Below, one piece after another: positions 58,604 through 64,000 of a stretch of 64,000 nt of DNA. Within the stretch, counting starts at the first letter, position 1. Every line of letters starts with the position of its first letter. This DNA comes from a virus (lineage: Duplodnaviria; Caudoviricetes), in the IMG/VR virus record IMGVR_UViG_2936984999_000001, positions 32,001 through 96,000 of that record. One strand, written 5' to 3'. The position numbers and the translations under genes were made by a program. The notes under the pieces were generated by a model, which was not told the origin of the DNA, did no database searches, and saw only the letters and a list, made by a program, of their open reading frames with translations.

Positions 58604-59548
58604 TTGGCTATATTTGGTTCTAGTTTTACATATAACGAAAAGTCTTCGGACGATTACGGAGTTATTCTTTGTGCTACAGAGGCAGTCGATTCAATTCCAA
58701 TGGGACTTACAAGGGAAGGTTTAAAGGGAGAAATTACAAGTAGACGACCTGTAGCCAATTGGTATAATACAAAATATTCAGATGTACTTACATTTGATGT
58801 GACAATTACAAAACCAGAAAATCGTGCATTTTCAAGGGAAGAAGTGAGAGATATTAACGCTTGGTTAACTGGACCACGTACACCTACTCTTCTATTTTTT
58901 GAGGATGAAGCATTTGACCCAATCAATTTTTATGGTGTGTTTACAGATGTAAACAATGTGTACGGAAGTGGTATTTTAATGCTTAAATATACGTTTACAT
59001 CGAATTCACCTTATGGATGGAGCAATGAATTTCAATACATATATAATAACTTGGAAGACAAAAAGTTGTCTGTTGAACAAGGAAGTGTTACAGGTAGTGG
59101 TAAGGATCTGGTTATTGCTGTCCAGAATAATGGATACTTTAGTATAGAAAATAGTACAGACGAATTAAATGATTTTGTTTATCCTTTGATTGCTATAAAT
59201 GCATATCCTGGACATAAAGTTTCAATAGAAAACATTTCTGAAATATCTACTAATCTTCTATCTCATAAATTAGAGATTACAATTCCAGATAAAGTTGATT
59301 TTTCAACAATGCTTTACATAGATTCAAAATACCATAAGATTTATTACATAAATAATAATACAAAAGAAAAGGTTCCGCTCACGTTATCAGATCTTGGTTT
59401 TTCGTCAGAAAATCTCACAAATATAGATAATGGTTCTTTAGGTCTTTACTGGCCTCGTTTAATCCCAGGAAATAATAAATTTGATATAACAGGTGAATGT
59501 AATGTTGCTATGACATTCAGATGCCCAAGAAAGGTAGGTGCTTATTAA
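58604..59548 (+). CDS. Distal tail protein (Dit-like)
   Basis: FTYNEKSSDDYGV, INAWLTGP, FTSNSPYGW, WPRLIPGNN; follows the tape measure gene; TTG start. Confidence 0.8.
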   Translation: MAIFGSSFTYNEKSSDDYGVILCATEAVDSIPMGLTREGLKGEITSRRPVANWYNTKYSDVLTFDVTITKPENRAFSREEVRDINAWLTGPRTPTLLFFEDEAFDPINFYGVFTDVNNVYGSGILMLKYTFTSNSPYGWSNEFQYIYNNLEDKKLSVEQGSVTGSGKDLVIAVQNNGYFSIENSTDELNDFVYPLIAINAYPGHKVSIENISEISTNLLSHKLEITIPDKVDFSTMLYIDSKYHKIYYINNNTKEKVPLTLSDLGFSSENLTNIDNGSLGLYWPRLIPGNNKFDITGECNVAMTFRCPRKVGAY

Positions 59549-62500
59549 TGACTTTTAATTATGACTACTTTGGGCTTACTGAACCGGCACGAATTTATTT
59601 GTGTAAAACAGATAATACAATAATTTGTGAATTGAATGGTATTGATCTGCCAACTGTACCTTATACACGGCAGTTAAATAATTTTGACACGATACAATTT
59701 GATGTACACAAGTATATAAACGGAGAAGAATCAAACGGATATGATCTGCTTGATGAAGCAATGTATATTTTGGTAGATGGTGTTGGATATTTTCGTATGT
59801 CCTATCCGGAAGTTTCAAATGATGGATTTGATGAATATAAAACGGTAACAGCTCAGTCATGTGAATGTGAGCTTGCATTGAAAACACTAAAGAACTTTAA
59901 AATCAATACAGGAGAGACAGACAGCCGTGAATATTTGATTAATGGCAATGTAAAAGAAACCGATGAAGGTGTTAAAGTAGCAGTTAAAAACATTATTTTA
60001 TATGATGAACTGTACAAAGATTTTTCATTACTTGATATTGCAATTGAAAAGGTTTTTGGATGGAAAATTGGTTGGGTTGATCAGGCAATAAGAGTAACAG
60101 AGGTTATAGAGACTAAAGTAAACGATGATGGAACTGTTACTACTACTTCACAAATGGTTGATTCTAAGCGGTCATTTGATATAGACTCAAAAAATGTATA
60201 TGCATTTCTAACGCAGGATGTATCAAAGAAATTCGAATGTATTTTCGATTTTAATATTATGACCAGGACAATTAATGTATATAGCGTAAAAGATTACGGT
60301 AAGGATTCAAATGTATTTATCTCTTATCGTAATTTGATTCAGACGTTGAATTATGCACCAGCTCAAGAAGATAATATTATGACAAGATTTGAAGTACGTG
60401 GTGGAGATGACCTTACAATTGATGCAGTCAATTTTGGTTCTTCTACTATTGAGAATCTTTCTTATTATCTTAGTACAAAACATGTAAGTCAAGGGTTAAT
60501 TGACAGATATAATCAATGGTTATCTAAGCTTGACGAAGCACGTAAAAAATACATGTATTACAATCGTCAGTACAGCTTATATATGGAAAAGCGTGATGAA
60601 ATCAATCTTAGAGTTCCGAATGATGGGTTGAATAATAATTGGAAACAATTTACCGTAAAAGACCTTAGAACTATTAAAAAGAAGTATACTACATATATGG
60701 ATGCACTGAAAGATGTAAATCTTGGCTACTGGGATGAAAAAAACCAGAAGTGGCTTAATAAAGGTGCGGAGCAAGATTATATTGTATATCAGGGTATTCT
60801 TGAAATTATCGACAAAACCATTGAATATAAAAATAATACAGATCCTACACAGGATGATAAAAAGTCCAATGAAGTAGATGATTTGATTGAAGAATGGAAT
60901 ACAAATTGGGATCTGTTTGGTCTTCAAGAGTTAAAAACAAAAGAGAAAACATATCTGAATAATATTGATGCTTTAAAAGCTTATAAAAAGGCATGGAAAG
61001 ATTTAAGTGAAGATGAAAAAGGTCACTTAACAGAGTCCAATTATAATATTTCTCATAATAAGTATTTGAAGTATTGGGAATACGAATACGGAAAAGATGA
61101 AAATGGAAATTTATATACTGAACCAGAAAAAGGTGGATGTTCCGGTGCCATTAAGCAAAGACAAGGCGAGTATGATGATATTCAGAGACTAATGAATGGC
61201 TTTTCAAAAAATATGTCCGAAGTTGCAGCAATTAATGATAAAGAAAACTGCGGCATATTTACAAAGGAAGACCTTGAAACATTAAATAAACTGTATAATG
61301 AGACAGATTATGTGAATGATAATATTATTACCATTTCTACAAACACTGCAGCAGAGATAATCAATACTCAATACGAATTATTCCAAGATGCAACAACAGA
61401 GCTTTCTAAGGTGTGTCAGCCACAATTATCTTTTACTCTTACAATGGATAATATTTTTGCTATTCCTGGATTTAAAGAATGGCAAGGAAATTTTGATATA
61501 GGTAATTTTATCCATCTCTCATTTGATAAAGATGATCAGTATTTTTTAAAACTTCGTATCTCATCTCTCACCTTTAATCCATGCGTCATTGAAAATGATT
61601 TCCAGATTGAATTTACGAACATGATCAGTTATAACGGTGGTCGTGATGACTTTGCTGTTTTACTTGATGATACAGTAAGCACAGCTAAAGACCAAATTAC
61701 AGGATCTGTAAAAAGCAAATTAGATACATCCGGAATTGAAGTCTCAGACGCACTTATTAAGGCAATGGTGAGTTCAACCAGATTTTCAAATGCGGTATCT
61801 AACGGTGTGTTTGATACAATAAATGCTAATACAGGTGCTTTCGGACAGGTTATATCAAAAATGGTTAATGCTAGAGATATGATGGCAAACAGTGGTCTTT
61901 TTGAAACAATTAATGTTGATGCGACCACATCTAAACTCGTTCTTGCACTTGATATTAATGCGACACGTATATCTGCAGGTACTCTTTCTGTAGATAGACT
62001 TATCATTCGTGGTGAAAAGAATTCTATCATGTATTCGTTTAATGAAAGTCTTGGAGCTGTTGAATCAAAGAACATTCCACCAGAAGATTATGATAAGTAT
62101 TACATGGGTGGTAAAAATATTCAGGCACATACTATTACTGCCGATCAGATTCTTGCAAATTCATTAACTGCATCTGAAATTACTACTGATGACTTACGTG
62201 GTATAAATGGATGGATTAATCTTCATTCCGGTACTTTTACTTTCTATGGCAAATCAGAAAAGGTAATTATTGATGATATAAATAAGGATAAAAAACTCCT
62301 TGATAATTACATATCTTCGTGGGAATCTCCAAGAGGAACTAGCGGTGATGATTTAAGATATAAAGAATCTATGAGTTTTTCACCTATCGGATTAAACCAG
62401 GAAAAGTTGAAAAGTAAGATTGAAGAGTTAAAACCGTATACTACTGATTCAAGTGAAGTTTTAACTACATTACAGAAAAGTACGTTAATAAGATTCCTTG

Positions 62501-64000
62501 GAGAATTGGACAACTATATCATTTGGCTAAATGTAAATGACAAAATTTACAAAGAAAATAAATCTGCAAGTACATTAAATCAGATGACTCGAACAGATCT
62601 TGAAAAAGAGTTTGGAATCAATACTCTATCTGATGCAGAACGTACAACAAAGTATAATCTTATTAAAAATTATGTAGGTATTAAAGAAGCGTCAGAAGAA
62701 GACAATTCCGCAGGACTTATGGCGTGGAACGGACAGACTCTTACTGTTCGTGGAGACATTATCGCCAACAATCTAGTGCTCGGAGCAGATGTAAAAATCC
62801 ATGAAAGCAACATAGGTGATCTTACAAACTATATTACAACAAATGGACTTGAAAATAAATTAAAAGATTATTCTACTACAGAAGAAATAAAAAGTGGTGG
62901 ACTTGCCTTTATTGTGTCTAACAATGGAGAGATAGGAAATTATGATTCTTCAATGCCTCTTCCAGACAACACAGAAGGTTATTTTCGTGTAAATACAAAA
63001 GGTTTAATGGTTGCACAAAATGCAGTTATATACGGAAAGTTATATAGTTCAGAAGGTCTTATTGCCGGATGGAATATTACAGGTGATGCGTTATCTAAAG
63101 GAAGTGGATATGCGGTAGCAAACACTTCTAGCAGTAAAAATGCATATTTTGGTAATTCTGGATTAAGTATATCTGATAAATTTATTGTTGATAGCGAAGG
63201 TAATGTTAATGCAAAGTCAGGAACTTTTTCAGGGACTATATATGCATCAGCCGGAACTTTTTCTGGAGAGTTAAAGGCAGCGACAGGAAGTTTTAGTGGT
63301 AATATTACAGCATCAACAGGAAGTATTGGTCCATGGAATATAAATTCTGATGCTATTTATAAAGGAAATGGATATAATGCAGGAGTCCCTGGTAATGCAT
63401 ATTTTGGTAATTCTGGATTAAGTATATCTGATAAATTTATTGTTGATAGTGAAGGTAATATGACCGCAACTGATGCTACTATATCAGGAACAATCACCGC
63501 ATCGTCTGGAAAGATTGGGCTTTTCAATATTAGTAATGATGGTTCTATTTACAATAAACCATACGGCACAGCAGGAAGTGGATCTGATAGTTGTGGTCTT
63601 AGTGTAACTTCTGGAAAATATGCATTCTGGGCTGGAAGTGGAGCATTTTATGTAAATCAAGATGGTAGTATGCATTGCTCAAACGCAGATATTTTAGGTG
63701 GCATAACATCAAAGGGAAACAACACCATAACAGAATTAAGGAATGGACAATTATCTATGAAGTATGATTATGGAATAAGTGACGTAGAACCATTGCCAAA
63801 ACTTTTAATGGGCCTCGATGGAAATAATGAACCATATTTGTATTTTTATTCTGTCGCCCCATATACAAGCGTTTCTATATCTGGTGGTATTATAAGAGGG
63901 ACATTAAATGGAAATGTTACTGGAGATGTTAGTGGTAATGTTAATGGATACATAATTAATTCAGAGTCAACAAGTTATCGACCTGCAATTTGTACATCAA
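59548..64000 (+). CDS. Tail tip / baseplate hub-spike protein, truncated by the window end
   Basis: ATG overlaps the Dit stop (TAATG); frame MTFNYDYFGLTEPARIYLCK appears open to the end; GGDDLTIDAVNFG hub region and Gly-rich beta repeats. Confidence 0.8.
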   Translation, partial: MTFNYDYFGLTEPARIYLCKTDNTIICELNGIDLPTVPYTRQLNNFDTIQFDVHKYINGEESNGYDLLDEAMYILVDGVGYFRMSYPEVSNDGFDEYKTVTAQSCECELALKTLKNFKINTGETDSREYLINGNVKETDEGVKVAVKNIILYDELYKDFSLLDIAIEKVFGWKIGWVDQAIRVTEVIETKVNDDGTVTTTSQMVDSKRSFDIDSKNVYAFLTQDVSKKFECIFDFNIMTRTINVYSVKDYGKDSNVFISYRNLIQTLNYAPAQEDNIMTRFEVRGGDDLTIDAVNFGSSTIENLSYYLSTKHVSQGLIDRYNQWLSKLDEARKKYMYYNRQYSLYMEKRDEINLRVPNDGLNNNWKQFTVKDLRTIKKKYTTYMDALKDVNLGYWDEKNQKWLNKGAEQDYIVYQGILEIIDKTIEYKNNTDPTQDDKKSNEVDDLIEEWNTNWDLFGLQELKTKEKTYLNNIDALKAYKKAWKDLSEDEKGHLTESNYNISHNKYLKYWEYEYGKDENGNLYTEPEKGGCSGAIKQRQGEYDDIQRLMNGFSKNMSEVAAINDKENCGIFTKEDLETLNKLYNETDYVNDNIITISTNTAAEIINTQYELFQDATTELSKVCQPQLSFTLTMDNIFAIPGFKEWQGNFDIGNFIHLSFDKDDQYFLKLRISSLTFNPCVIENDFQIEFTNMISYNGGRDDFAVLLDDTVSTAKDQITGSVKSKLDTSGIEVSDALIKAMVSSTRFSNAVSNGVFDTINANTGAFGQVISKMVNARDMMANSGLFETINVDATTSKLVLALDINATRISAGTLSVDRLIIRGEKNSIMYSFNESLGAVESKNIPPEDYDKYYMGGKNIQAHTITADQILANSLTASEITTDDLRGINGWINLHSGTFTFYGKSEKVIIDDINKDKKLLDNYISSWESPRGTSGDDLRYKESMSFSPIGLNQEKLKSKIEELKPYTTDSSEVLTTLQKSTLIRFLGELDNYIIWLNVNDKIYKENKSASTLNQMTRTDLEKEFGINTLSDAERTTKYNLIKNYVGIKEASEEDNSAGLMAWNGQTLTVRGDIIANNLVLGADVKIHESNIGDLTNYITTNGLENKLKDYSTTEEIKSGGLAFIVSNNGEIGNYDSSMPLPDNTEGYFRVNTKGLMVAQNAVIYGKLYSSEGLIAGWNITGDALSKGSGYAVANTSSSKNAYFGNSGLSISDKFIVDSEGNVNAKSGTFSGTIYASAGTFSGELKAATGSFSGNITASTGSIGPWNINSDAIYKGNGYNAGVPGNAYFGNSGLSISDKFIVDSEGNMTATDATISGTITASSGKIGLFNISNDGSIYNKPYGTAGSGSDSCGLSVTSGKYAFWAGSGAFYVNQDGSMHCSNADILGGITSKGNNTITELRNGQLSMKYDYGISDVEPLPKLLMGLDGNNEPYLYFYSVAPYTSVSISGGIIRGTLNGNVTGDVSGNVNGYIINSESTSYRPAICTS
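63139..63459 (+). repeat. Near-identical 66-bp direct repeat in the tail tip gene
   Basis: Copies at 63139-63204 and 63394-63459 (one mismatch), both encoding NAYFGNSGLSISDKFIVDSEGN. Confidence 0.9.

Noticed and set aside
63139-63459. Diversity-generating retroelement TR/VR pair
   Set aside because: Both copies are in frame within one gene, the single difference is C/T rather than adenine-specific, and no reverse transcriptase is in the window
84-63675. Numerous short alternate-frame or antisense ORFs overlapping long genes (for example 84-332, 6185-6466, 43444-43800, 50937-51311, 61629-62075)
   Set aside because: Shadow ORFs of well-supported genes with no RBS or recognisable motifs

Overview
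The whole window reads as one contiguous segment of a large, AT-rich, SPbeta-like temperate siphophage or prophage of a Firmicute. Codon and RBS style suggest a Clostridia/Lachnospiraceae host (inference), and no host housekeeping genes are visible. From left to right it holds: a leftward accessory block (HigBA-type toxin-antitoxin, HTH protein, tRNA-shaped RNA); a ~3 kb mostly non-coding divergent control region with operators, an 11-bp tandem repeat and a sharp strand-composition switch; an SF2-helicase-like protein; a YonO-like single-subunit RNA polymerase; PIN-PhoH, ClpP-like, metallophosphoesterase, TnpB, HU and tyrosine recombinase genes; a tRNA/ncRNA cluster; and the morphogenesis module (terminase, portal, protease/scaffold, capsid, head-tail, tail tube, holin-like proteins, RusA, tape measure, Dit, and a tail-tip protein running off the end). 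Six group I introns are read directly from the sequence: 1 in the RNA polymerase gene, 2 around a ~11-nt micro-exon in a head-tail gene, and 3 in the tape-measure gene. They explain the broken ORFs. The two strongest novelty candidates are (i) a 2.5-kb group I intron in the tape-measure gene that carries promoter-bearing antisense cargo genes instead of a homing endonuclease and uses an unusually long P10 pairing to find its distant 3' splice site, and (ii) a tnpA-less, catalytically intact TnpB coupled to a phosphoesterase gene, whose guide region is the orphaned 3' end of a different allele of that same gene, which looks like RNA-guided allele homing. All protein family calls are by motif recognition only; no database searches were run.
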